A DNA stretch of 64,000 bases from Dehalococcoidia bacterium (lineage in GTDB: Bacteria; Chloroflexota; Dehalococcoidia; Lucifugimonadales; VXLM01). The stretch spans positions 496,001 to 560,000 of the forward strand of contig OY759598.1 in assembly GCA_963662435.1 (NCBI GenBank). The letters run 5' to 3'. The notes below the pieces were generated by a model. It ran no database searches, was not told the origin of the DNA, and worked only from the letters and a program-made list of their open reading frames with translations. How positions within the stretch are numbered: the stretch's first letter is position 1; each line of letters begins with the position of its first letter. Position numbers and translations under genes: made by a program. Shown piece by piece: positions 32,195-42,212 of this stretch.

Positions 32195-32342
32195 GGCTCA
32201 AGCTCCTAAAAAGCGGCGTCGGTTGTTACCAAAAGACATTACGCAAAAGGCCGACTCGGAAGTAGCTGAAAAGCTGTTTGGCAAACGCGCCAAACGCGAG
32301 TTAGACCGTGTTGCTAGTGCGTTTATCAAGTCCATAAAGTGA
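32193..32342 (+). CDS. Small basic 49-aa ORF inside the IS, divergent from the transposase
   Basis: MAQAPKKRRRLLPKDITQKADSEVAEKLFGKRAKRELDRVASAFIKSIK; its ATG overlaps the transposase start codon. Confidence 0.4.
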   Translation: MAQAPKKRRRLLPKDITQKADSEVAEKLFGKRAKRELDRVASAFIKSIK

Positions 32343-32423
32343 TCATATCACCTACAAAAACGTGCGTCAAGTAGATAATCACCGTTCTATTGAGCAAAGG
32401 ACTATGTAGCAGGGCAAGGTAGT

Positions 32424-35168
32424 TTGCTATTGGGCAAATGGACAGAGGCGGCGCTTGCGCGTCTTCAAACTCCAATCGTGTGGTTGGGCGCATCAGTTCT
32501 TCTTGCCGTAATTTCGACCGGCTGCTGGATAACGAGCGACGAGCCTGCAGCGTCCTCCGGCTCAGAGTTGACGCCATTGGCTCAAGCTGTGCCGGAAGGG
32601 AATAATACACAGACACTCCCGTCTCCGACGGCGACATCGGTCCCAGGAACGGTGACGCCCATACGCATGCCGTCACCTTCCCCTACCAATACGCCGGTTC
32701 CGACGCCGACTCTCGCCCCCGAACCGACGTCCACGAAGACGCCAACACCCACCCCTGTTCCAACGAGCACACCGTCTCCGACCGCTACTCATACGCCGAC
32801 ACCGACAAACACTCCGGCGCCAACCGCCACTTCGACGCCGACTCCCGCTCCCAGCCCTACAAATACCCCGTCACCGACTCCTACCCCGGAGTCAACGTTC
32901 GTTCCCGCGCCCACGGAGTCATCCGTCCAAACGGCTGCTCGGGGAGTCAACCTAGTCCCGGCCAGACCCCAGGGATGGGATGGATCGCTCATGGTCACGG
33001 ACGGGCCAGGAAAGTTGTCCAGCACAGTACAGAAGGTGGACGAAGAGACGTTCGTTAGCTGGGGTTTGGGCAACACGGGCGATGTGACTGTCGAGGATAC
33101 GTACTTTGTGGATCTATATTTCAACGACGTGGTGGTGAATCGCTGGACGGGCATTTCTCTGGCGGCCGAAGAGATAGTCGCTCTGGTCGATTGGCCGGAC
33201 TTGGGGGCGACAATCGTTCCGACTCCCGGTGTTCACGTCATCAAGGTCGTGGTCGACTCCACCAATCTCATTTCCGAGACCAATGAGGCGGACAATACCT
33301 ACGAGGTGGAGGTCGTCTGGGAAGCCGGCGAACTCGTTGCCGCGCCTGAGAGACCGGTCACACGACTACCCGATCTGATCATTTCCCAGCCTCGAGGGAT
33401 GTCGGACGCCATTGTAGCCAGCCCGTACGCCACCGACACCGATGACTGGCAGCTCTCGGTCGACCTTCCTTCCTACATATTCTCAGGCGTTGAGAACCAG
33501 GGGCTGTCGAGCATTGACCGGCCCGTTCGGGTGGATCTATACCTGGACGGAGTCCTCGTAGCCTGGCGGACTGAGAACGGGATGATCGCCGGCGGATTAC
33601 CCAGCAGGGTTACCTGGTCGGGTATCGGTAGGTTTGTGCCCCTCACTCCCGGCGATCACACACTGATGGTGGTAGTTGATCCGACGAACATAATCGAGGA
33701 ATCCGACGAGACCAACAATGAGCTTGTGAAGGTATTCACGTGGGGAACCGGAGAGACTCAGGCCCGCCCCGCGCCGACCGTACTTCCCTCGACGACCCTG
33801 CCTGAACCCCTGACGCTCTCAAACCTTCAACCGGGATGGGCATTCGAATCGGACGGCCCAATCTCCATCTTCCACCGGGGCGACGACGCCCACAACCCAC
33901 CACTAATCGTGGGACAGGACGTTCTCCTCCGTGTCGCAGTGAAGAACGGGAGCAGTGTAGGGACTCGAATCCCATTTGCCGTGGATATCCACTTCGACGA
34001 CCGGCTTGTCAATAGCATGGTTCTCCGAGGCGCGCCTGAGAATGCAATTGTGATCTCCGATTGGGATGGGCTCGTCGGCGAAGTCGACATCACCCCCGGT
34101 GACCACACGGTAAGGATTGTCATCGACTCGCGAGACTCCGTTCGAGAGGCGGCCGAGGACGACAACGTCTTCGAGCACACGTTCACGTGGCTGGAGGAAC
34201 CTCCCCCGGAGACGGTCTCCCTGTCGTATTCGGAGCAGCAGATTGTAGACATGCTGTCCGGGCTGCGCGAGTTGGTGGACTCGCGGGAGATCGCCGTATC
34301 AGCCGATGGGAAGGATCAATCCGAGCGGATCATGGATGTCGTAGACGCCGGATACTACCTCATGACCGGGGAGACTCTTCGCGACGACCGTGTGGACATC
34401 CACATTCTGAATCGGACGGACTATCAGAATTGGATCGACGAGGCATTCGCCAACCAGTTCGCCTCCGCCACTGCCAGGCAGATACCGGGCATGCACGTGA
34501 GATACGAGAGGCTGAAGGAGTACTCGGTCGGAGTCACGTCGCGAGAGAGGGGAAGGGTTGTGGTTATCATTGATGGCGAGCGTCCGATTCCGGCTGTCAT
34601 TGACACGCTGGCGCACGAGGTTGGACACCTCCGGCAGGACCTCGTCAACCCCGACCAGCATGATGCCGCGATGTTCGATCCGTCGGTCCTCGCGCTGTTG
34701 GAAGCGCAGGCCCAACAGTTCCAGCGGGCCTTCTGGCTGACCATAGAAGACTTCAGCGGCGAGACACTGATGGACTATCCGGACATGGAGGCATTCGAGC
34801 GACACATTGCGCAACAGGCATTCGGTATGTTCACCACGGCGGAGCAGGACGAGCACGCTCTGGGTTATCTGTTGCAGTGGGCGATCCTCCTAACGGTTCC
34901 GGAGCTGGAGCCCCTCGCCGATGAGCTTGAGAATAACGGAAGCCTCAGTGCCGAAGGTTCACTGAAGTTTTACAACTATCTCGTGGAACTCTCGCCTCAG
35001 GAGGCGGCTGCTCTGGTCCGGGGGACATACGGACAGGTAAGCTCGGATGATCTGGCACAGCTCTATAACAGGATGGTATCGGTCGCATCGGACCGTCTCA
35101 TGTCCGGCCTTCATCCCGACGACGAAGGAGTGCCTAACCTGCGGACGGTGGGACTGCTGACTCCCTGA
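32424..35168 (+). CDS. Exported protein: PT linker, three CARDB-like Ig domains, HEXXH zincin domain
   Basis: Three 'VVDxxNxIxExxExDN'-type motifs; 'AHEVGH' and a downstream 'LLEAQAQ'. Confidence 0.7.
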   Translation: MLLGKWTEAALARLQTPIVWLGASVLLAVISTGCWITSDEPAASSGSELTPLAQAVPEGNNTQTLPSPTATSVPGTVTPIRMPSPSPTNTPVPTPTLAPEPTSTKTPTPTPVPTSTPSPTATHTPTPTNTPAPTATSTPTPAPSPTNTPSPTPTPESTFVPAPTESSVQTAARGVNLVPARPQGWDGSLMVTDGPGKLSSTVQKVDEETFVSWGLGNTGDVTVEDTYFVDLYFNDVVVNRWTGISLAAEEIVALVDWPDLGATIVPTPGVHVIKVVVDSTNLISETNEADNTYEVEVVWEAGELVAAPERPVTRLPDLIISQPRGMSDAIVASPYATDTDDWQLSVDLPSYIFSGVENQGLSSIDRPVRVDLYLDGVLVAWRTENGMIAGGLPSRVTWSGIGRFVPLTPGDHTLMVVVDPTNIIEESDETNNELVKVFTWGTGETQARPAPTVLPSTTLPEPLTLSNLQPGWAFESDGPISIFHRGDDAHNPPLIVGQDVLLRVAVKNGSSVGTRIPFAVDIHFDDRLVNSMVLRGAPENAIVISDWDGLVGEVDITPGDHTVRIVIDSRDSVREAAEDDNVFEHTFTWLEEPPPETVSLSYSEQQIVDMLSGLRELVDSREIAVSADGKDQSERIMDVVDAGYYLMTGETLRDDRVDIHILNRTDYQNWIDEAFANQFASATARQIPGMHVRYERLKEYSVGVTSRERGRVVVIIDGERPIPAVIDTLAHEVGHLRQDLVNPDQHDAAMFDPSVLALLEAQAQQFQRAFWLTIEDFSGETLMDYPDMEAFERHIAQQAFGMFTTAEQDEHALGYLLQWAILLTVPELEPLADELENNGSLSAEGSLKFYNYLVELSPQEAAALVRGTYGQVSSDDLAQLYNRMVSVASDRLMSGLHPDDEGVPNLRTVGLLTP

Positions 35169-35171
35169 CCC

Positions 35172-35375
35172 TCAGCCGCCGCCGACTGCGCGAACGACCT
35201 CGAGGGAGTCTCCTTCCGACACGGTGACATCCGCCCATTCGTCTCGACGCAGCACCTCGCCGTTATGGGCGATGGCGATCATCTTCGGTTCCACTCCCAG
35301 CGAAGCCACATACTCCGAAACGAGAGTTGGTTCTCGTATCTCGTGGTCCTTGCCATTGATGGTCACCTTGATCAT
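35172..35375 (-). CDS. thiS: Sulfur carrier ThiS
   Basis: 67 aa ending 'VRAVGGG'. Confidence 0.93.
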   Translation of the reverse strand: MIKVTINGKDHEIREPTLVSEYVASLGVEPKMIAIAHNGEVLRRDEWADVTVSEGDSLEVVRAVGGG

Positions 35376-36007
35376 GTTGTTATGGCACCCAGCATCTTAT
35401 CGAACATTTCTCTCGCCGCGAGACCAGGGTCTTGCGCCTCGGATATGGCTGTGATCACGGCTGCGCCGGATACTCCGGTCGCCATGATATCGCCTACGTT
35501 CTGTGCGGTCACGCCTCCGATGGCGAGGACGGGCAAGCTGACGTGTCTGCGCAGTGTGTAGAGGAAGTCCACACCCTGGGCGGGTTGGTTCGGGTGGCTG
35601 GCGGTGGAAAAGATCGTTCCTGCGATCAGGAAGTCCGCGCCGTCCGACTCCGATTGGGCGGCCACAGCAACCGAGTGTACGGACCGGCCTATGAGTCTGT
35701 CCGGGCCCACCACTCGACGTGCTTCCCGCACGGGAATTCCGTTTTCGGGAAGGTGAAGGCCGTCCGCATTGAGCGCGACGGCAACGTCCACGCTGCCGTT
35801 AACGATGAGTGTAGCGCGACCTCGGATGGCCCCCTTCACGCGTTTACCGAGATCGTGCAGGTCGCTGGGGGACAGGTCTCTCTCGCGGAGCTGCACCATT
35901 CCGGCGCCGTTCTCGACGGCCTGATTCACGACTTCCTCCAGGTCACGCCCTCGACACCTTTTTCGGTCGGTCACGAAGCACAGAACGGGAGCTTCAATGG
36001 GTCGCAA
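35372..36007 (-). CDS. thiE: Thiamine-phosphate synthase
   Basis: 'VQLRE', 'ADGLHL', 'GRSVH', 'AIGGV'. Confidence 0.88.
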   Translation of the reverse strand: MRPIEAPVLCFVTDRKRCRGRDLEEVVNQAVENGAGMVQLRERDLSPSDLHDLGKRVKGAIRGRATLIVNGSVDVAVALNADGLHLPENGIPVREARRVVGPDRLIGRSVHSVAVAAQSESDGADFLIAGTIFSTASHPNQPAQGVDFLYTLRRHVSLPVLAIGGVTAQNVGDIMATGVSGAAVITAISEAQDPGLAAREMFDKMLGAITT

Positions 36008-36010
36008 CGA

Positions 36011-36805
36011 TCAACCGCTCCGTGTGCCGGCCGCCTGGACAACTCCTGTCGTGGGACTGCTGGCCTTCGCTTCCGGCTTGCGCTCGATTCGTCCGGCCAG
36101 GTAGGCTTTTCGGCCTGCTTGAACTCCCAGCTTGAATGCCTCGCCCATGGCTGCGGGATCACTCGCCTGTGCGATTGCGGTGTTGACCAGGACGGCTTGC
36201 GCGCCGACTTCCAGCGCCTGCGAGGCTTCCGAGGGGACTCCCAGTCCGGCGTCCACTACCACGGGGACTGAGGCCTGCTCTACGATGATCTTAACCTCTT
36301 CGAGCGTCAGTATGCCTTGCCCTGAGCCAATCGCTGAACCGAGGGGCATGACCGTGGCGCACCCGATCTCCTCCAGGCGCATTGCTAGGACGGGGTCGGC
36401 ATGAATGTAGGGCAGAACGACGAATCCATCGTCGATGAGTATCTTCGCCGCCTCGTAGGTGCCGATCGGGTCCGGCAGGAGCCACTTGGCATCGGGAATG
36501 ACCTCCAGTTTTACCCAGTTTGATCCGGTGAGTTCACGCGCGAGCTTGGCCACGAACACTGCCTCCTCGGCGGTGCGGCATGCTGCGGTGTTGGGAAGGA
36601 TCGTGTACTTGTCCCAGTCGAAGTAGTCGAGGATGCTCTTCTCGTTGGGATTGTCGAGATTAAGACGCCGGATCGCGACGGTGATGATCTCCGTCCCCGA
36701 CGCCTCAATGGACTCGACCATCTCATCCATCGTGCGATGGCGTCCAGTCCCAACCATGAGTCGTGAACTGAACTCCTTTCCTGCTATGACAAGCGGGTCA
36801 TCCAT
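36011..36805 (-). CDS. thiG: Thiazole synthase
   Basis: GGAGG RBS; 'LPNTA', 'WVKLEVI', '[11 protein letters not shown]', 'VDAGLG'. Confidence 0.95.
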   Translation of the reverse strand: MDDPLVIAGKEFSSRLMVGTGRHRTMDEMVESIEASGTEIITVAIRRLNLDNPNEKSILDYFDWDKYTILPNTAACRTAEEAVFVAKLARELTGSNWVKLEVIPDAKWLLPDPIGTYEAAKILIDDGFVVLPYIHADPVLAMRLEEIGCATVMPLGSAIGSGQGILTLEEVKIIVEQASVPVVVDAGLGVPSEASQALEVGAQAVLVNTAIAQASDPAAMGEAFKLGVQAGRKAYLAGRIERKPEAKASSPTTGVVQAAGTRSG

Positions 36806-36824
36806 GGCAACTCCTCCAGAATAC

Positions 36825-36857
36825 AAAAAAGGCCGCGCGACTTCGTGTCGGCGGCCT
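36825..36857 (-). terminator. Riboswitch expression-platform terminator
   Basis: aggccgccgacacgaagtcgcgcggcc-tttttt on the minus strand; its 5' arm ccgacacg is complementary to aptamer 5' cgtgtcgg. Confidence 0.75.
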
Positions 36858-36880
36858 AGGCTTGGATTCACCCATACGAT

Positions 36881-36977
36881 CCAAGTCCCTTCGCTGGCAT
36901 TACCCAGATCAGGTATTGGCGGTCGGTGACACGTCCTGTCACCCTCTCAGCCCGGTTTGCCCCGGCTCCCGACACGG
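36881..36977 (-). ncRNA. TPP riboswitch
   Basis: Minus strand GGGAG...GCTGAGA...ACCTGATCTGGGTAATGCCAGCGAAGGGA upstream of thiG. Confidence 0.95.
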
Positions 36978-37205
36978 CCAGAATAGAACATGTTCGAATG
37001 GAAGTCAACGAAAGGCACCAGGTGGGTGAGAGGTAGGCGTGGCGCGGGCATCCAATTGGGGAAACGCGCAGAAGGTACTCGTGTCGCCAAGGATCCAGGC
37101 GCTCTGACTGCCGAATCCATACACGAAGAGAGCGTCCCGCCGTGCTATCGGAGGACGCTCTCAACGCTAACTCCTACTATGAGAATTCCTAGGACAGATG
37201 AATTG

Positions 37206-38558
37206 CTATTCGTACCAGCCGGACGCGAAAATGTAGCCGTCGTGGAGGACTGCCCACGTGTGCTTCTGGCGGTCGTCTCCGGTCTCAGGGTTGATAAGGA
37301 CATAGTCGACCCAGCGGCCGGTCTCCGTGGCGCTCAAGAGGTCGTCGCCGTAGAAGTGGCCGGTGGCGTCAATGCGGAGACTGGGATCCCGCCCCAAGAA
37401 CATGGGGTTGTGGTGGGCAATGGTGTAACCATCTCCGTCGATGATGAATACGTACCACTGGCCGTCCACGCTCTCCTTGGATCCGTAGAACTCGACAGCT
37501 GCGTCGAGGCCGAGAGCGTCGTAGAGAGCAAGGGATTGTTGGACGAATGACTTGGTATAGGCGGGGGCGTCTGACTTGCTCGGGCCCCGTTCATACCAGC
37601 CCGATCCGAACACGTATCCGTCGTGGCGGACGACCCAGGAGTGCTTGGTCTCGACGCCACCGGTGCTGGGGTTGGGGAAGGTGTAGGAGAACCATTCTCC
37701 GTCCTCGTCGGCGGACGCCACCACCGCTCGGCCCGTGGGATAGTTGTTGGGTCCGATAACTTCCGATGCGGGTAGGTTAACGAGGCTGGGATTCGCGGCG
37801 TGAGCGATGAGTACGTCGTTCGGGTCGAAGATGAATACGTACCACTGGCCATCCAAACTCTCATCGGTGTTGTAGTAGGCGAGGGTATCCTCCAGTCCCA
37901 CAGCGTCGTAGAGGTTGATGGCCTGCTGGACGAAAGACTCCGTATATGCGGGGGCGTCGGACTTACGAGGTCCCTTTTCGTACCACCCCGTGCCGAATAG
38001 GAGCCCATCGTGTCGGACCATCCATGAGTGCTTGGTTTCAAGTCCACCCGTGGAGGGGTTGGGATAGGTATAGGAGAACCACTCGCCGTCCTCGTCGCCA
38101 ACCGCGGCAACGGCGGGACCGGCGGGATAGCCATTGGGACCAATGGCGGCAGAAGCCGGACGGCCCACGAGGTCGGGATTGGCGGCGTGTGCCAGCATTG
38201 TGTCGTCTTGGTCCATGATGAACACATACCACTGGCCGTCTATGCTCTCTTTGGTGTTGTAATGGGCAAGAGTCGCGTCGAGTCCCTCGGACTCATACCT
38301 GTCTATGGCCTTGTTGACGAGGTACTTGGTGAAGTCGTCTGGTATTGACCTCCGTGGCGCGGACATTGGCGTTCCGACGATCTGCTCAGCTAGTTCGCGA
38401 GACTGGTTTTGGTCTACAGGAGCGGGGTTGTTGGCCAATTCGGAGCGCACGATTTCCGATATATCCGCGCGGGAAATGCCCGAACCGTCATCGGAGCAGG
38501 CGAGCAGCAGTACGGGTAGGAATATTGCGAGTACCGCAAATGCGGCTTTATAGGTCAT
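37206..38558 (-). CDS. Lipoprotein with three tandem single-Cache domains
   Basis: Lipobox 'LLLAC'; three copies of 'DGQWYVFI..D...AH...NP...KH.W...HDG..F..GWYE'. Confidence 0.8.
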   Translation of the reverse strand: MTYKAAFAVLAIFLPVLLLACSDDGSGISRADISEIVRSELANNPAPVDQNQSRELAEQIVGTPMSAPRRSIPDDFTKYLVNKAIDRYESEGLDATLAHYNTKESIDGQWYVFIMDQDDTMLAHAANPDLVGRPASAAIGPNGYPAGPAVAAVGDEDGEWFSYTYPNPSTGGLETKHSWMVRHDGLLFGTGWYEKGPRKSDAPAYTESFVQQAINLYDAVGLEDTLAYYNTDESLDGQWYVFIFDPNDVLIAHAANPSLVNLPASEVIGPNNYPTGRAVVASADEDGEWFSYTFPNPSTGGVETKHSWVVRHDGYVFGSGWYERGPSKSDAPAYTKSFVQQSLALYDALGLDAAVEFYGSKESVDGQWYVFIIDGDGYTIAHHNPMFLGRDPSLRIDATGHFYGDDLLSATETGRWVDYVLINPETGDDRQKHTWAVLHDGYIFASGWYE

Positions 38559-38723
38559 CTGGAGTCTCCAATCGCTACTTGGAATCGAAGTGACAAAACT
38601 TAATTGTGACTTCGTATCAGTTCTACATTAATGTTAGCGCCATCCGAGTTGACTGGGCAAGCAAACACACACCCGGAAATCCGCCACCTGCGCAGCGGAC
38701 GCCACATCTATCGGGTGTCACCC

Positions 38724-38750
38724 TGTAGGGACGGGTTTGAAACCCGCCCT
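38724..38750 (+). repeat. GTAG-type REP palindrome
   Basis: tgtagggacgggtttgaaacccgccct. Confidence 0.6.
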
Positions 38751-38818
38751 CGTTCTGTGCCTGAGGCCAGCGCCACAATTAGGTGGTGGATTTGCACACC
38801 CACTAAGCACCAGAACGG

Positions 38819-39637
38819 CTACTTTCCGCTTTCGGTGTCCTCCATGCGCCGTTCGAGACGCTGAAGGGCGTCCTGTGTGGCCTTGATCTCGCGAAGGAGT
38901 TCCTCTCGGGAGACCGGTCGTTCAAGTTCCCGTAGGCGTTCGAGCTTCGCTTCATCGAGGTTGTTGATGATGATGGCAATGAACAGATTGATCACGACGA
39001 ATGTGCCAATTATCACGAAGCTGACGAAGTAGACCCATGAGAAGGAGTGGAGCTCCATGGCGTTGGCCATGACCTCGATCCACCCCTCCAGAGTGATTAT
39101 GTTGAAGAGAGTGAGGAGAGAGATTCCAAGGCTGCGCCAGTTTTCGGGATCGTGCTCGCTGAAGAGGTGGTAGCCGATTATGGCGTAGATGTACATGATG
39201 ATGGCCATGAGCATGATGACGTGTCCGACGCTGGGTATCGAGCGGACGAGGGCGGCGACTATCAGGCGCAGGTCTTTGATCGCGGAGATGAGGCGGAGAA
39301 CGCGGAGCAGGCGAGCGAGCCTGGCGATCATGGCCAGATTCCCCGTCGCGGGGATCAGCGCGAATACGATGATTAGGAAGTCAAATATGTTCCATCCGTC
39401 GCGGAAGTACCCTGCGACAAGAGGCTTCGACGCCGACATCTTGAGAAGGGCCTCAACGATGAAGATTGCGAGAGCTACTTGGTAGGCGATGCGAATCCAG
39501 TCGCCGAAGTCCCGGTCCACCGTTGGAAAGGTATCAAGCCCAAGGAGCAGGGCGTTGATGATGATGATGGTGATTATGACGGCTTCGAAGGCCGGGGCCT
39601 CAGTGTAGCGACGCGCCAATGAGGTGAACTTGTCCAT
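38819..39637 (-). CDS. BacNav-superfamily voltage-gated cation channel
   Basis: 'WNIFDF', S4 'ARLARLLRVLRLI', filter 'TLEGWIE', S6 'INLFIAII', C-terminal coiled coil. Confidence 0.9.
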   Translation of the reverse strand: MDKFTSLARRYTEAPAFEAVIITIIIINALLLGLDTFPTVDRDFGDWIRIAYQVALAIFIVEALLKMSASKPLVAGYFRDGWNIFDFLIIVFALIPATGNLAMIARLARLLRVLRLISAIKDLRLIVAALVRSIPSVGHVIMLMAIIMYIYAIIGYHLFSEHDPENWRSLGISLLTLFNIITLEGWIEVMANAMELHSFSWVYFVSFVIIGTFVVINLFIAIIINNLDEAKLERLRELERPVSREELLREIKATQDALQRLERRMEDTESGK

Positions 39638-39916
39638 GCGTAATCGTCCTGAAGCGTTGGTGCGTTGTCTCAAGATAGTACCACGATGGGAAAGGGGGTT
39701 GAGCCCCGGGACGCAGTGAGATTGCCGAATTGGAAGAAATGACAACCAATCTCCGTTCTCGCATATCCGGATACCTGCCCCGTATCGGGTCTCGGGGCAG
39801 GCTCTTCGCCGGTATGACGGTTACTGTCGGCTCGTGAACACCTCGGCAAATTTTTGGACGGTAACGTGGCCACTGCGCGGCTGCCACGCTAGACTTGATT
39901 CATGGAGGAGCAAATC

Positions 39917-41884
39917 ATGAGTCAAGAGCCGGAGCTGATCCCAAGGAAGATGCTGTTTGGGAATCCTGAGCGCACCTCGGTCAAGCTGAGCCACGACGGG
40001 TCGCGCATCTCTTACCTGGCGCCATTGAATGGGATCATGAACGTTTGGGTCGCGCCTGTCGATGAAATCGATGAAGCCATGCCGGTCACCGAGGATGTGG
40101 GAAGAGGCATCAGGATCTACTTCTGGACGTTCAATCCCCGGTACATCATGTACCTGCAGGATCACGTCGGTGACGAGAACTGGCATGCATTCGCCGTAAA
40201 TGTCGAGACCGGGGAGAGCAGGGACTTGACGCCGTACGAGGGTGTGCAGGCTGTTCCTCAGCCCCTTTCCCCAAAGCATCCGGACGAGGTGCTGATCGGA
40301 CTCAATCGTAGGGAACCACAGATCCACGATCTGTACCGAGTCAACATAATGACGGGAGCATCCGATCTTGTCGTAAAGAACGACATTGGCGCTGTGGACA
40401 TCATGCCGGATCGGGACTTCAACCCCAGGCTTGCGCGTCTTCTCACGCCCGATGGAGGCAGCAAGCTACTCGCGATGTCTGATTCCGACGAGTGGGAAGT
40501 GATGATGACCATCGACGCCGAGGACGACCTGACGACTTCTCCGCTGCATTTCGACGATGACGGAGGCACTCTATATATGTATGACGGCAGAGGACGCGAC
40601 ACCTCGGCTCTTATGGCCGTCGACACGGAGACGGGAGAAGCCCAGGAGTTGGCAAGAGACGCCAGATCAGACGTGGGGGATACAATCGAACATCCGGTAA
40701 CGGGGAGGCCGCAGGCAGTGTCGTTCGAGTACGAGCGCGTGAAGTGGTTGATACTCGATGAAGCGATCAGTGACGACATCGAGCGGATCCACGATGGGAG
40801 CAAGGGACAGTTCGAGGTGCGCTCACGGTCCATGGACGACTCGAAATGGCTGATCGAGTACGCGAGGGACGACGGACCGAAGACCTGTTTCTTGTATGAG
40901 CGGGAAGTCGGGAAATTGAAATACCTTTTCTCTGACCGGCCGAATCTTGAAAGGGCGCCGCTTGCGCGGATGCACACGGCAGTCGTGAAGTCGAGAGACC
41001 GGCTTGATCTCACAGTGTTCTTCACTCTGCCGGTTGGGTCGGCAGACGAGAGCGACGACCGTCCATCTGAGCCGCTGCCGGCAGTGCTTTTTGTACACGG
41101 TGGGCCGTGGGGCAGGGACCGCTGGGGCTATTACAGTGAACATCAGCTATTGGCTAATCGCGGATATGCTGTCATCAGCGTGAACTTTCGCGGCTCCACG
41201 GGCTTTGGGAAACGGTTCATCAACGCGGCCAATCTCGAGTGGGGCGGAGCTATGCACGACGACCTCGTCGATACCGTCGATTGGGCGGTCAAAGAGGGCA
41301 TAGCCGATTCTGATCGCGTGGCCATCATGGGTGGCAGCTACGGCGGATATGCGGTACTGGTCGGGCTGACGTTCACGCCGGAGGTGTTCGCGTGCGGGGT
41401 CGAAATGGTCGGCATATCGAACCTGAACACCTTCATGGACAATGCGCCGCCATACTGGATTCCCATCATGACGTTTCTCCGCAGTCGGGTAGGTGACAAC
41501 ACAACCGAGGAGGGCAGGCAATTTCTGGCGGAGCGGTCGCCGATCTCGCGTGCGGACAGCATCGTGCGTCCGTTGATGATAGGGCAGGGTGCGAACGATC
41601 CGCGCGTAACTCAGGAGGAGTCGGACCAGATAGCGGACGCGATGAAGGAGCGCGGGATTCCGGTGACCTACCTTCTATACCCTGACGAGGGTCACGGTTT
41701 CGCCCGTCCGGAGAATAATCTGTCCTACATGGCTGTCGCCGAGGCGTTCCTTGCCAAGTGTCTGGGAGGCAGGTACGAGCCGATTGGCAGCGATTTCGAG
41801 GCGTCGTCGATACAGGTGGTCGAGGGGGCGGGGGACGTTCCGGGGTTGGAGGAAAACCAGGATTCAGCGAAGGTTGGAGCCTAA
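39917..41884 (+). CDS. S9 family peptidase (acylaminoacyl/dipeptidyl)
   Basis: 'HGGPW', 'GGSYGG', 'NDPRV', 'DEGH'. Confidence 0.92.
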   Translation: MSQEPELIPRKMLFGNPERTSVKLSHDGSRISYLAPLNGIMNVWVAPVDEIDEAMPVTEDVGRGIRIYFWTFNPRYIMYLQDHVGDENWHAFAVNVETGESRDLTPYEGVQAVPQPLSPKHPDEVLIGLNRREPQIHDLYRVNIMTGASDLVVKNDIGAVDIMPDRDFNPRLARLLTPDGGSKLLAMSDSDEWEVMMTIDAEDDLTTSPLHFDDDGGTLYMYDGRGRDTSALMAVDTETGEAQELARDARSDVGDTIEHPVTGRPQAVSFEYERVKWLILDEAISDDIERIHDGSKGQFEVRSRSMDDSKWLIEYARDDGPKTCFLYEREVGKLKYLFSDRPNLERAPLARMHTAVVKSRDRLDLTVFFTLPVGSADESDDRPSEPLPAVLFVHGGPWGRDRWGYYSEHQLLANRGYAVISVNFRGSTGFGKRFINAANLEWGGAMHDDLVDTVDWAVKEGIADSDRVAIMGGSYGGYAVLVGLTFTPEVFACGVEMVGISNLNTFMDNAPPYWIPIMTFLRSRVGDNTTEEGRQFLAERSPISRADSIVRPLMIGQGANDPRVTQEESDQIADAMKERGIPVTYLLYPDEGHGFARPENNLSYMAVAEAFLAKCLGGRYEPIGSDFEASSIQVVEGAGDVPGLEENQDSAKVGA

Positions 41885-42084
41885 GTAAACGGCATCACCA
41901 CGGCATTGCCGATCCGATGATGGAACCATGTTTGCGGGTGCCCTGCTGGGGTTCGAGACTGTAGAGGCGGAGTCCTGGAAGCCCATGGGATGTCAGACGA
42001 CGCGCTTCCCACCTCCCAATTCGGGACATGGGATCCGGCAAGTAACTACTCCCCGTTTTCTAGCGCAACGTGCCACATACTTCG

Positions 42085-42114
42085 TTGACCCTCCAAGGGG
42101 GGCGGTGCTATTCT
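42085..42114 (+). promoter_or_regulatory. Sigma70-type promoter of the tRNA pair
   Basis: TTGACC-18nt-TATTCT with TG extension. Confidence 0.55.
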
Positions 42115-42125
42115 GTTCAATGGAT

Positions 42126-42203
42126 GGTGAGCGTGGCCAAGTTGGTTAAGGCGCCTGGTTGTGGCCCAGGAGATCGAGGGTTCGAATCCCTTCGCTCACC
42201 CCA
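42126..42203 (+). tRNA. tRNA-His(GUG)
   Basis: Cloverleaf, G-1, anticodon arm cctgg-tt-GTG-gc-ccagg, GGTTCGAATCC, CCA. Confidence 0.95.
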
Positions 42204-42212
42204 CCGTTCTCT

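Larger units (their letters stand above)
30327..32383. mobile_element. IS1595-family element with passenger genes (2057 bp)
   Basis: Perfect 23-bp TIRs ggtgattatctacttgacgcacg (30327-30349 / 32361-32383); 8-bp TSD gttctatt (30319-30326, 32384-32391). Confidence 0.93.

Noticed and set aside
30716..32209. 497-aa plus-strand ORF in the IS
   Set aside because: Overlaps the lipoprotein gene in another frame and the transposase antisense; no recognisable motifs
32620..32915. Tandem-repeat-like DNA
   Set aside because: Explained by the Pro/Thr linker codons; not a CRISPR array or discrete VNTR
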